Below are positions 10,286-21,366 of a DNA stretch of 64,000 nucleotides, piece by piece. Location of the stretch: positions 1,568,001-1,632,000 of the forward strand of contig OZ253470.1 of assembly GCA_965261735.1 (NCBI GenBank). Direction: 5' to 3'. Positions within the stretch are counted from its first letter, which is position 1; every line of letters starts with the position of its first letter. Position numbers and translations under genes: made by a program. The notes under the pieces are model-generated. The model was given only the letters and a program-made list of their open reading frames with translations, was not told where the DNA came from and ran no database searches. This stretch comes from Alphaproteobacteria bacterium (GTDB lineage: Bacteria > Pseudomonadota > Alphaproteobacteria > SHVV01).

Positions 10286-11500
10286 GCATCTACGGACTGG
10301 CCGATTGCAATAACTTCTTCGTCTCCTGCGAGCGGGTCTTCCGGCCAGCCCTCGAAGGCCGTCCCGCCGTGGTCCTGTCGTCGAACGACGGCTGCATCGT
10401 CGCGCGCAGCGACGAGGCGAAGGCGCTCGGCGTCAAGATGGCGCAGCCGGCGTTCCAGGCGAAAGACCTCATCGAGAGGCATAGCATTGCCGTCATCAGC
10501 GGCAACCTCCAGTTCTATACCGACATGAGCAACCGGGTGATGCAGGTCTTCGGGGAACTGGTCCCGGCGGTCTCGCGGGAATACCGCAAGAGCTCACGGC
10601 ATTCTGCCAGGACCTGAAACGCACCGTGCGGCAATGGACCGGGCTGCCGATCAGCATCGGCATCGCCGAGACCAAGACCCTTGCCAAGATCGCCAACCGC
10701 CTCGCGAAGACCTCCGCCAAAACGGACGGCGTTCTCGATCTCACCGGAACGCGCTGGCGCGACAAGGCGCTGGCGTCAACGGAAGTCGGCGATGTCTGGG
10801 GCATCGGCAGGCAGTACGCCAAGAAACTCAACCGCAACGGTGTCATGACGGCCCTCGATCTGACGAGCCGTCCCGATGGCTGGGTGCGCAGGGCGTCGGC
10901 GGGCTGAAGACGGTGCGGGAATTGCGCGGCGAAGACTGTATAGGCTTCGACGACATGCCCCAGCCCAAGCAAACGACGATGGTTTCGCGATCCTTCGGCA
11001 CGGAAGTGCGCGACTACGACGAGTTGACCAATGCGATCGCCATGTTCGCGACCGATGCGGCACGATCGATCCGCAGGGCCAATCTCGTCTCAACCTCGGT
11101 GAGCGTGTTCATCGAGACCAACCGTTTCGGCAAGAGCCCGCACCACGCTCCCTCCTGCTCGGAAGCACTGTCGCCCGCGACCAATAACACGAAGCATGTC
11201 GTGCGAGCCGCGCTGGCCGCTCTGAAGCACATCTACCGCGAGGGGCTGGCGTACAAACGCGCCGGGGTGATGCTGCTCGACCTCGTAGAAGCCGGCCGGG
11301 CGCCAATCTCGCTATTCGATACGCAGGATCCAAGGGACGACAAGCTGATCGAAGCGTTCGACGCCATCAACGACCGGCTGGGGCCGGGAGCGATCCAATT
11401 CGGCCCCGCGGCGCAGGCCGCGGCCTGGCGATCGAGCAGCGCGTTCCGCTCGCCCAACTACACAACCCGTTGGGAAGACATCCCGAAGGTTAAAACCTGA
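10282..11500 (+). pseudogene. umuC: Y-family DNA polymerase V subunit, deleted and frameshifted into three pieces
   Basis: LADCNNFFVSCER, SNDGC, TKTLAK.AN, C-terminal SPNYTTRW; the SIDE motif is missing. Confidence 0.9.
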
Positions 11501-11679
11501 GCCTCGGCAGACCCGGGCGTCGATCCGGGCAGCGGTCCACAAGCAGAAAGTTACACTACGGGCGCACTGCCTCCGCCAGAACCTGGCGCGCCGGCGAGAG
11601 AATGAGGCCGGGGCCTTTCGGGCGGCGGGAACGAGGGCGAGAGAACGGCTCTCGCCGCCCCGCCGGGAGCCCTCGATTG

Positions 11680-12165
11680 ACCCATTCGAAGACGGCGGCG
11701 ATCGGGACGGCGATCGCGGTAATCGCGGCGCTGTTTCTCGCCGGTTACATGACCGGCGATCATGGGGTGAAGCGGATGGACGGCGCGCGGGCTCGGCGAC
11801 ATCGCCGGGGGGGGGGGGCCCAGGTCCACAGCCGGAAGCGGCAAGCACGGGATCGCGGCCATGGTAGCTGGAACCATGGCGGGGCTGTTTCCCGGTAGCG
11901 GGATCGGCGCCTCGCTCGACAAGCTGTGTGCGGCCCGCACACGGCAAGCGGCGCTGGAGACCGGTCCAAGCGTGGTGCCCTTGCGCTGGCGCAATCGCAA
12001 CACCGATAACGCAGGGGCGATTACACCGACCCGCACCTACAGATCGGCCGCCGGAATCTACTGCAGGGAATACCAACTCACCGCGACCGCCGGCGGGCGC
12101 ACCGGGCAAGCCCACGGCAGCGGCTGCCGCCAGCCCGACGGCTCGTGGCGAGTATCGAACCAGCA
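11680..12165 (+). pseudogene. RT0821/Lpp0805 (17-kDa surface antigen-like) glycine-zipper lipoprotein, frameshifted
   Basis: WRN..T..G..TPTRTY.....YCREY...G..CRQPDGSW; lipobox-like LAGY lacks Cys. Confidence 0.7.
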
Positions 12166-12365
12166 CCGCGCCTGCCCATGGCGACCTGCCCGGCGCTGGA
12201 ACGGCGGCGATCGATTCAACTGTCCTTGCACGGTCCAGCCGTTCCGGCTCCATCCGGTTCCGTTACGCCGGTGAGAGCCAGAGCTTGAGCCGAAGGCGGG
12301 CGAGGGCGGATGCCGAAGAGGGTGTCCCCGCCCGGTTCCGCATTCACGCAATCCCGGAGACCGAC

Positions 12366-13657
12366 ATGCACGACCCCGAACGCGATATCCGCGACATCCC
12401 GCTGTCCCAACTCGAACTCTCGCCCGGCAATGTGCGCAAGACGCCGGCCGATGCTTCAGCCTTCACCGAGCTCAAGGCCTCGATCGCTGCCCACGGGTTG
12501 CTCGAGAACCTGATTGCCCGCGCCATGGAACCCGGCACCGATTATGTCGTGCGCTACGCGGTGATCGCCGGCGGACGGCGGCTTGCCGTGATGCAGGCGC
12601 TGGCCGCCGAAGGCGCGCTGGACGAGGACCACCCCGTGCCCTGCCGCATGATCGGAAGCATCGTGGCGGCCGAAGAAGTTTCGCTGGCCGAGAACAGTGT
12701 CCGCGCCGCCATGCACACGGCCGATCAGGTCGAGGCATTCCGCCGCCTGGCCGATGCGGGCAGCACGGCGGGCGCCATCGCGGCGCGTTTCGGGGTCTCG
12801 GAGCGCACCGTGGAGAAGCGCCTGCGGCTCGGCAACGCCGCACCAGTGCTGCTCGAGGCCTACCGAGCAGGCGAAATCGATCTGGACACATTGATGGCCT
12901 TCGCCGTCACCACGGATCATGCGCGCCAGAACGCGGTCTGGGCGGCGGTGAGCCAACAGGGCTACCGTCCCGGCGCCTGGCAGATCAAGCGCCTGCTGAC
13001 CGAGGACCGGGTTCCGGCCACGTCCGCCATCGCGCGTTTCGTCGGCATCGAGGCTTACGAGGCGGCGGGCGGCAGGATCGATCGCGATCTGTTCGCCGAG
13101 GAGGACGAGCGGGGGATCTGGTTCGACGATCCCGAACTCTTGAACAAGCTCGCCATGGACAGCCTCCAGGTCGCGGCGAGGGAACTGGAGACGCGCTGGA
13201 AATGGGCCGAGGCGCGGCTCGACGTGGACTGGAGCGCCACCGCGAGCTTCGGGCGGGTGCGTCCGCAACCGGCCGAGCCGACAGACGGGGAGAAGGCCGA
13301 GATCGAACGTTTGAGGACCCGCAACGACGAACTCGCCAACATGGACGACGACGGCTGGACCGAAGAATTGGTCGAGGAAGCCGATGCCAACGAGACGCGC
13401 CTGGACGAGATCGAGGCCGCGATCGACGCCCGCGCGGTCTACCGGCGCGAGGACATCGCTATCGCCGGGTGCATCGCCACCGTCGGCAACGACGGCGAGC
13501 TCAAGCTGATCCAGGGCCTGGTCAGGCCCGAGGACATGCCCGCGCGCGAACCCAACGATGCGAACATGGCCGGACAAGACGATACCGGCGACGGGGAGAG
13601 CGCCAGTTCCAGCATCGAGGCTCCCACACTTGCGGCTCCCCCCGCTTCGCCCGGCGA
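12366..13657 (+). pseudogene. ParB/RepB/Spo0J-family protein of ICE/plasmid type, C-terminally truncated
   Basis: NVRK, IAGGRRL, SLAEN, HTH FGVSERTV..RLRL, GG....DLF. Confidence 0.88.
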
Positions 13658-13812
13658 AGGACAAGTTCGCCGGTATCGAGCCGGACGCCTTGCGCCCGTC
13701 GGGGCGCTTCGATCCCAACCTCCGCAGGCAGGTCAAGCGCGACGCCGATGCGCTCACGGCGCAATTCGCGGGCTACTTCGCGCCCGCCGCCGCGGACAGG
13801 GAAGCAGCCTGA
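13658..13812 (+). pseudogene. C-terminal remnant of the gene originally upstream of the vWA gene
   Basis: Alternative frame KDKFAGIEPDALR...DREAA* ends in TGATG overlap with 13812. Confidence 0.55.
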
Positions 13813-15164
13813 TGGCCGCCCATGCCCGCTCGGAATCCGCCCGGCGCGTCAGCGACTGCATGACCACGCTGCTGCGCGACCAGCCCTTCTTCGGCAGCCT
13901 GGCGTTAAGGCTGCCGATCCGCCCCGACGAAACCCGCGAGACCCTGGCCAGCGATGGCAAGGACATCCGCTACGCGCCCCAGTGGGTGGCGGACACCGAT
14001 GCCGATCAGATCAAGACCGCGCTGGCGCGCGTGGTCCTGGCCTGCGCGTTGAAGCATCATACGCGGCGGGGCAGCCGCGACCCGGAGCGCTGGCAACGGG
14101 CCTCGCAGTTGGTCACCCACGGCCTGCTGCGGGACGCAGGTTTTGCACTGCCGCCCGGCGCAGAGGCCTGGGACGCCATCAGCGCCGAACAGGCCTACGA
14201 CCGGCTTCCGGAACCGCCGGACGATGCAGAGAATCCGGGCGATGCGTCTTCATCCAGCGATGTGGATGACAGTGGCAGCGCTGCCGGCCCTCGATGCGGT
14301 GACGGCGACGAAGACCAAAGCGCTCCGCCAAATCCAACCGATGACAACAGTCCGCAAGAGCAGGACGCGCCGGGATCGGGCAGCAATAGCGCGGGCTCGA
14401 AACCATCCGGGCAGACGCCCGCCAGCCACGACCCTTGCGGCACCGGCGAGGTCATGGACGCGGACGAGCGTTGCGACGCCACCGGCCAGTCCGGCGAATC
14501 GCCTCTGGACACACCCGCCGAGGAGCAGGCGTGGGACGAAGCCATGCACCAGGCCGCCAATCTCGCGCGGGCGCAAGGCAACGCGCCTGGCGCCGTCGAG
14601 GAGACGATCCGGCAAGCGCATCGCAGCATCCTCGACTGGCGGTCGCTGTTGCGCCGCTACATGACCGATGCCGCGCGCCGCGATGATAGCTGGAGCGTCC
14701 CCAACCGGCGTTTCATCGACAGCGGCCTCTATCTGCCCTCGATGCACTCGGAGGGCATCGATGCCATCGCCATCATCATCGACACCTCCGGATCGCTGCC
14801 GGGCGAAACGCTGGCCCTGTTCTGGGCCGAGGTCCGCGAAATCACCGCCGAACTGCAGCCGGACAGCATCTATGTCCTTCAGGTCGACGCGGTGCTGCAG
14901 GACGCAGCCCGGTATCCCGCCGGGGAACTACCGGACAGCATCACGATCAAGGGACGCGGCGGGACCGATTTCCGGCCAGGCTTCGCATGGCTTCATGAGC
15001 ATGGGGTGCGCCCAAGCTGCTGCCTCTACCTGACCGACATGGAATGCGACAGCTACCCCGAGGCCGAGCCTGGCTATCCTGTAATTTATTGCAACTGGGG
15101 GCCGCCGCCGGGGACAAGGAACCGCGAGCCCTGGGGCGAGCGCATCGACATCGGACCGGCATGA
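13812..15164 (+). CDS. DUF2201-type metallopeptidase-like + vWA domain protein
   Basis: PFFGSLAL, LDWRSLLRRY, PNRRF...YLPS, MIDAS DTSGS, GRGGTDFRP, LTD. Confidence 0.88.
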   Translation: MAAHARSESARRVSDCMTTLLRDQPFFGSLALRLPIRPDETRETLASDGKDIRYAPQWVADTDADQIKTALARVVLACALKHHTRRGSRDPERWQRASQLVTHGLLRDAGFALPPGAEAWDAISAEQAYDRLPEPPDDAENPGDASSSSDVDDSGSAAGPRCGDGDEDQSAPPNPTDDNSPQEQDAPGSGSNSAGSKPSGQTPASHDPCGTGEVMDADERCDATGQSGESPLDTPAEEQAWDEAMHQAANLARAQGNAPGAVEETIRQAHRSILDWRSLLRRYMTDAARRDDSWSVPNRRFIDSGLYLPSMHSEGIDAIAIIIDTSGSLPGETLALFWAEVREITAELQPDSIYVLQVDAVLQDAARYPAGELPDSITIKGRGGTDFRPGFAWLHEHGVRPSCCLYLTDMECDSYPEAEPGYPVIYCNWGPPPGTRNREPWGERIDIGPA

Positions 15165-15613
15165 CACCGCGGCTAGTTGCCGCCGGCCGCCGGCCGGGCG
15201 GGATGCAGCAGGTAATCCGGTTCACAGCTCTCCAACAGGGAAGAGGTTCGATCTTCCAGCAGCAGTTCAATACACAGGTTTTCCGCCCTGCGGCCCTCCT
15301 GCCATTCATCCCACTCGAACACCCAAACCCTGAACCGCGGAAACTTGCGCGCCGCCTTGAGCCCGGCCGAATGAAGCTTTTGGAGAAGAGGGTCCGTGTC
15401 CACGCCATCCGGCGGCCAGTCTTCGAACGTGAGGATCAATCCCTTGGCCTTGGAACTGCCCTGGCCGAATCCGGAAGGGATTTCATCGGCGAGAGGACCG
15501 ATAGAGAAGAACACGGACAATGCAACGAAGATGACGAAAGTTCGGTTCATCCAGGTTCCTGTCCGCCAACCCCGGGGCAAGCGCATCGGCATCGGACCGG
15601 CCTGATACCGCGG
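15131..15613. repeat. Imperfect ~42-bp direct repeat (15131-15172 and 15572-15613) duplicating the vWA gene 3' end
   Basis: CTGGGGCGAGCGCATCGACATCGGACCGGCATGACACCGCGG vs CCGGGGCAAGCGCATCGGCATCGGACCGGCCTGATACCGCGG. Confidence 0.85.
15173..15550 (-). CDS. Hypothetical secreted protein between the direct repeats
   Basis: Signal peptide-like MNRTFVIFVALSVFFSIGPLA; visibly lower GC than the flanks. Confidence 0.65.
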   Translation of the reverse strand: MNRTFVIFVALSVFFSIGPLADEIPSGFGQGSSKAKGLILTFEDWPPDGVDTDPLLQKLHSAGLKAARKFPRFRVWVFEWDEWQEGRRAENLCIELLLEDRTSSLLESCEPDYLLHPARPAAGGN

Positions 15614-15796
15614 GCCGCACGCCCGTAATCCTCCATATCCGTGCTCCCGCCCGCAAGGAGGCGGGTTGCGCTGAGGCCGGGTGAACCGGGGCCGGGAGAG
15701 CGAGGACACCGGCTTCCGGCATCACCCGGCCCTTCGACGGAGCCGTAAGGCCCGGGCCACGGTTCCGGCCCGCCCTTTCCAATTGGGAGATCATTC

Positions 15797-18700
15797 ATGC
15801 TCGACGCCCAACCGGCGGCGACCGCGCCCGCGCGTCCGCCTGCCATCCAGCAGCTTCAACCATCCCCAGCGATTGCCGATACCACAGGCGTTCGCTCCAA
15901 GCCTGCCGCGTTGCTGGCCGCGGCAACCGCTCTGCTTCTTGAGCTGGAGGTGGGCCGGGCGCTCGATCCAAAGACCTTGCGCGAAGCCATGAGCGCGGCC
16001 TTCGGCGCCAATGACACGCAAGGAGCCTGGGTCTGGAAGGACGCCTACGAAGCGGCCGAAGCCGCGATGGTGCTGTTCATCCAGCGCTACGGCCGCCTCA
16101 TGCGCCGCGAGGCGGGCGCCGGACCCGGATCGGCCGCCGCCATGCTCGCCATGCTGGAGACCCTGGCGGCGCTGGAGCCGTCCCAGACACGGCGGTCGGA
16201 GGAACAGCTTGCCCTGCAACAGTTCTCCACTCCCTTGCCGCTCGCCTACGCCGCGCTGCAGGCCGCCGCCATCCGGCCCGGCGACATCGTGCTGGAACCC
16301 TCGGCCGGCACCGGCATGCTCGCCGTCATGGCCGAATGCGCCCTCGGCAAGCGCACCGATGACGCGCGATCGGGGGATCCCCTGCACCTGAACGAGATTG
16401 CCGCCGTTCGCGCCGGGTTGCTTGCGCGATTGTTCCCAGATTCGCCGGTCACCCGTCATAACGCCGAGTCCATCGCCGATTATCTGCCGGACCTGCGTCC
16501 CACCGTGGTGTTGATGAACCCGCCCTTTTCGGCGAGCCCCGGGGTCCAGCGCATCCGCCATGACGCGGATTTGCGCCATCTTCATTCCGCCTTCTCCATG
16601 CTCCCGGCGGGCGGGCGGCTGGTGGCCATCACGTCGGCCGGCTGCATCCCGGGCGATACCGCCTGGAGCCGCGCCTTCGAGCGCCTCGATCCACCGCCGC
16701 GCACCGTCTTTTCCAACGCCATCGACGGGCGCGCCTACGCACGGCGCGGCACGACCTTCGATACCCGGCTGACCGTAATCGACCGTGATCCCGCCAATGC
16801 CCAGGGCGTTCCGGTCGACGCGCGGGAATCCGTCCCCACCGCTGCCGGGTTGCTTGCAGCTATCGCCGCCAATGTGCCGCAGCGGCAGGCGGTCGTGCCA
16901 ATAGCCGCGGCCCTTGTTCCGGCCGGCGATCTGTTCGGCCATGCCGCTGCACGGCCGGCCCCGCGTAAGTGGGCAGCGGCCACCGCGCCCAACACCAGAT
17001 CCGCAGACCCGCAAGTCCGCGATTGGGGGCCGGTGGCCGAACTCGACTACGAAATTTCACCCGCCAACCCTGAAGGCAAGGTAAGCGAACCGGAGGCCAC
17101 CCATGCCGGCGTCTACGAGCCCTGGTGTCCCCGGACCGCGCGCATTCCCGGCGCCTGCGAACATCCGACGCCGCTGGTGCAATCCGCCGCCATGGCGGCG
17201 GTGCCCCATCCCGTGCCGTCGTACCGCCCGATGCTGCCCGTGCATGTCGTGACGGACGAACTGCTGTCCGACGCCCAGCTCGAAAGCGTCATCCTCGCCG
17301 GTCAGGCGCATGAGCGCCATCTTTCCGCGCACTACCGCATCGGCGAGGGGTGGGAGACCGTCGCGCGTGTCGCCGACAATGAAGATGACAACAGCGATGA
17401 CGGCAAAAACGACGAGACAATTCACTCTGATCCCGAACCCGCCACCGATGCTACCGGCGATGGCGAAGCCCTGTCCGCGCCGGTGCGTTTCCGGCGCGGC
17501 TGGATGCTGGGCGACGGCACCGGCTGCGGCAAGGGCCGCCAGGTCGCCGCCATCATTCTCGACCACTGGCTGCGCGGCCGCCGCCGGGCGCTGTGGCTGT
17601 CCGCCTCCGACAAGCTGCTGGAAGACGCGCTCCGCGACTGGGCCGCGGTCGGCGGCAGCGAGGCCGACCTCATCCCATTGGGTAAGTTCCGCCAGGGGGC
17701 CGAAATTCCACAAGAGGCCGGTATCCTGTTCGCCACCTATGCAACCTTGCGCTCGCCCGCCCGCCAGGGAAAGCGCTCGCGCCTCGAACAGATCGTGCGC
17801 TGGCTCGCCGATGGCATGGACGAAGACTCCCGCCATGCCTTTGGCGGCGGGACCGCGCGGCGATACCGCCCCCTCGCAGCAGGGGCGCGCCGGATTGCGT
17901 TTGCAGAACGCCTTGCCGGATGCCCGCATCCTCTATGTCTCCGCCACCGGTGCCACCACGGTGCCCGGACTTGCCTATGCGCGGCGCCTCGGCCTGTGGA
18001 GCGGCGCGGATTCGGGCGGCGAGACGCCCTTCAAGCAACGCACCGATTTCGTCACCGCCATGGAGGCCGGCGGGGTCGCGGCGATGGAGGTGGTGGCCCG
18101 CGATCTGAAGGCCCTCGGGCTCTACCAGGCCCGTGCGCTCAGCTATGACGGGGTCGAGGTCGAGCTGCTCGAACATCCGCTGACGCCCGAGCAGCGGCGC
18201 ATCTACGACGCCTATGCCGGGGCCTTCAAGGTGATCCACCGCAATATAGAAGACGCCCTGAAAGCCACCGGCATCATGGAAGGCGATGCCACCCTGAACA
18301 AGAACGCCAAGTCCGCCGCGCTGTCGGCTTTCGAGGGCGCGAAGCAGCGTTTCTTCGGCCATCTCCTGACCGCAATGAAATGTCCCTCGCTGATCCGGTT
18401 CGTGGAGGCCGATCTCGAGGCAGGTCATGCCTGCGTCATCCAGCTGGTCTCCACCGGCGAGGCTTTGCTGGACCGGCGCATCGCCGATATCCCCGTCTCG
18501 GAATGGGACGATATCTCCGTCGACCTGACGCCGAGGGAGGCGTGCCTTGAATATCTGGCGCACGCATTCCCTGTGCAGTTGCAGGAGCCATTCACCGACG
18601 ACGAGGGCAATCTCATGAGCCGGCCCGTGACCGACGCCGAGGGCAACCCGGTCTTGTGCCAGGAAGCAGTCGCTGCCCGCGACTCTCTGATCGAGAAGCT

Positions 18701-20333
18701 CGCGGCGTTGCCGCCGGTGCAGGCGGCGCTCGACCAGATCCTGCACCGTTTCGGCGGCAAGGCCGTCGCCGAGGTCACCGGCCGCTCGCGCAGGGTCCTG
18801 CGCATCGCCGATGCGTCAAGCGAGCGCCTGGCGCTGCGCAACCGTCCTGCGTCGGCCAACCTCGCCGAGACCGCCGCCTTCATGGCGGGCGACAAACGCA
18901 TCCTCGTCTTCTCCATGGCCGGCGGCACCGGGCGCAGCTATCACGCCGACCTTGGCTGCGGCAACACTGCGCGGCGTATCCATTACCTGCTGGAGCCGGG
19001 CTGGCGGGCCGACCAGGCGATCCAGGGACTGGGCCGCACCCATCGAACGCACCAGGCCTCGGCCCCCTTGTTCCGCCCCGTCACCACGGATGTGAAGGGC
19101 GAGCGGCGGTTCATTGCCACCATCGCGCGGCGTCTCGACAGCCTGGGCGCCATCACCCGGGGACAGCGGGACAGCCAGACGGCCATGGGCGGCGGCGATG
19201 CCACCCTGTTCCGGGCCAGCGACAATCTGGAGAGCCCCTACGCCAAGGTGGCGCTGCGTCAGTTCTACATCGCGCTGTGGCGCGGCAACATTGCGGGCTG
19301 GTCCATGGACCGTTTCGAGGACGCCACCGGGCTGAAGTTGATCTGGGAAGGCTCGCTCAAGGAAGACCTGCCGCCGATGCCCCGGTTCCTCAACCGGCTG
19401 CTGGCCCTGCCCATCGCCGAGCAGAACGAGTTGTTCGCCGAGCTGGAAACCCGCATCGAGGCCAACATCGAACAGGCCATCGAGGCCGGGACCCACGAGC
19501 AGGGTGTCGAGACCATCCGGGCCGACTCCCTCACCGTGGCCTCGCGCGAGACGGTTCACGTTCATGAAGCCTCGGGCGCCGCCACCGAGCTTGTCGAGAT
19601 CGTCCGCCGCGACCGGCTCGTGCCGCTGGCGGCCGACGATGCGCTCGCCATGCGGGACGGGCGTCCCGTCGTCAACACCCGCTCGAAGCGCGCCGCCGTG
19701 GTCCTGCCCGCGCCGTCGCGGATGTTCGAGGACGGCGGGGTCGAGGCCCGGGTCCGCCTGGTCCGTCCCGCCGCCCGCGAGCCCATGGCCGCGGCCGAGC
19801 TTGCCGCCTCGAACTGGGAGGATTCCGGCGAAGATCGCTGGCGCGTGTTGTGGGATGCGGAAATCGAGGGGCTGCCCAGCCACACCGAATCCCGCCTGTG
19901 GCTGGTCACCGGCCTGCTGCTGCCCATCTGGGACCGATTGCCGGGCGAGAACATGCGGGTGCGCCGGCTTGCGACCGATGCCGGGGAAAGCCTGCTCGGC
20001 CGGGTTCTGACGCCCGAGCAGGCGCACGCCTTCCGCGACGCCTTCGGACTGGCCGGCGGACCGGTCATGAGCCCGGCCGAGATGCACGAGGCGATTCTGA
20101 TCCGCGGCGCGTCCTTCGATCTCGCCAACGGCTGGCGGCTTGCAAGGCGGCGCCTGATGGGCGCCGGCCGCGTCGAGATCGAAGGACCGGCCGATAACGA
20201 CCTCGCGGCGCTCAAGCGCATGGGGTGCGCCACCGAGATCGTCTCGTGGCGCACCCGTGTGTTCGTGCCCCAATACATCGACCTCGGCCGCATCCTCGAT
20301 CGCTGGCCGCTCGCGGATGCGAACCCGGCGTAA
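15797..20333 (+). pseudogene. Strawberry-notch-family methyltransferase/helicase, broken by a deletion/frameshift near 17845
   Basis: LEPSAGTG and MNPPF (MTase), GDGTGCGKGR, SATGA, QGLGRTHR; Walker B segment absent at the frame change. Confidence 0.9.
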
Positions 20334-20473
20334 ACCCGCACTCTCCCGCCCGGCATCCGGCACGGGGGCGTGCCAACCCTTGGCTCCGCCCGCTACGCGC
20401 GCTTCCGGGAAATTGCGCCTCTGTGCCGCCCGCGGGCACGAACAGTCCAACCCGCCATATGGAAGATATCGTC

Positions 20474-20731
20474 ATGACATCTCATACGCTGCCCGACGAT
20501 CCCGTCTACGCGTTTTGTCCCGCTTATGACTTCGACAACATGCCGCAGCAAATACGAATCGTGTTCGATTCGATGCCGGGCTACGTCCCCACGGCGCTGG
20601 TGGCGCTCAGCCTCGACGATGCCTTGCGAATCTGCGACCGACTCAACGCCCGCATCGGCCTCGACCGCAATGCCTGGTCCGCCATCGCTGCCCGCGCCAT
20701 GTCCGCCACTCGCGATGAAGCCACCCATTGA
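20474..20731 (+). CDS. Hypothetical protein (ICE-associated)
   Basis: GGAAG RBS; co-oriented after the strawberry-notch gene. Confidence 0.65.
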   Translation: MTSHTLPDDPVYAFCPAYDFDNMPQQIRIVFDSMPGYVPTALVALSLDDALRICDRLNARIGLDRNAWSAIAARAMSATRDEATH

Positions 20732-20846
20732 ACCCAACAAGATGTAGAGGCCGAGGGCAGCACGGCAGGGGTGATTCAGGCGGTGTACGGGAGGCAATTT
20801 TCCCGGAATCGCCGCCATTCTGTCATGCAATCCACGGAGGAACCCG

Positions 20847-21161
20847 ATGTTCGACACCCTCACACCACGCTCCACGACCGGTGAGTTCAAAACCATGTCC
20901 TCCGCCCGGCCCGATCCCGGCGGGTTCCTGCCGGAAGCGCGGACCGGCACACGCGAAGCTGCAGCTCACATGAAGGATCTGGCGGAACGCTTCGCCGAGC
21001 TGCGGAACGCCATCATGCGTCTGCCCGGCAACCCGTCCTGCGACGACCGCGCCGGGCTCCGCCACCGGCTTCTCCATCTCGAACACACCTTGATGAACGC
21101 GAGGGGCAGCCTCGACGACGCCGTCATCGCCATCATGGACGCCAACGACGCGGTCCTTTGA
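20847..21161 (+). CDS. Hypothetical helical protein
   Basis: GGAGG RBS; GC3-biased codons. Confidence 0.65.
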   Translation: MFDTLTPRSTTGEFKTMSSARPDPGGFLPEARTGTREAAAHMKDLAERFAELRNAIMRLPGNPSCDDRAGLRHRLLHLEHTLMNARGSLDDAVIAIMDANDAVL

Positions 21162-21366
21162 CAACCCGCACGGCGGTTGCCGGGCAAAATCGTGCCAACG
21201 GTTGCCGCCGGTCACGGTCAAGCTCCTGAAGGATCTGTCCCGCACTGCCGAGAAAGAACTCCAGATCGTGGTGCCCTCCTGCAACCGGGCGTGGCGGCAA
21301 GGTCTCTCGACGTTCGCCACGGGCGAGCCGACGATCCACTGATCATCAGCCGTCGGTTGTCGATAA

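Noticed and set aside
11928-15164. 1078-aa ORF as a novel multidomain protein
   Set aside because: The first ~146 codons are off-frame lipoprotein and intergenic sequence; the rest is a deletion-fused ParB and vWA gene.
15131-15613. Repeat pair as a diversity-generating retroelement VR/TR
   Set aside because: Too short, mismatches are not adenine-specific, and no reverse transcriptase is present in the window.
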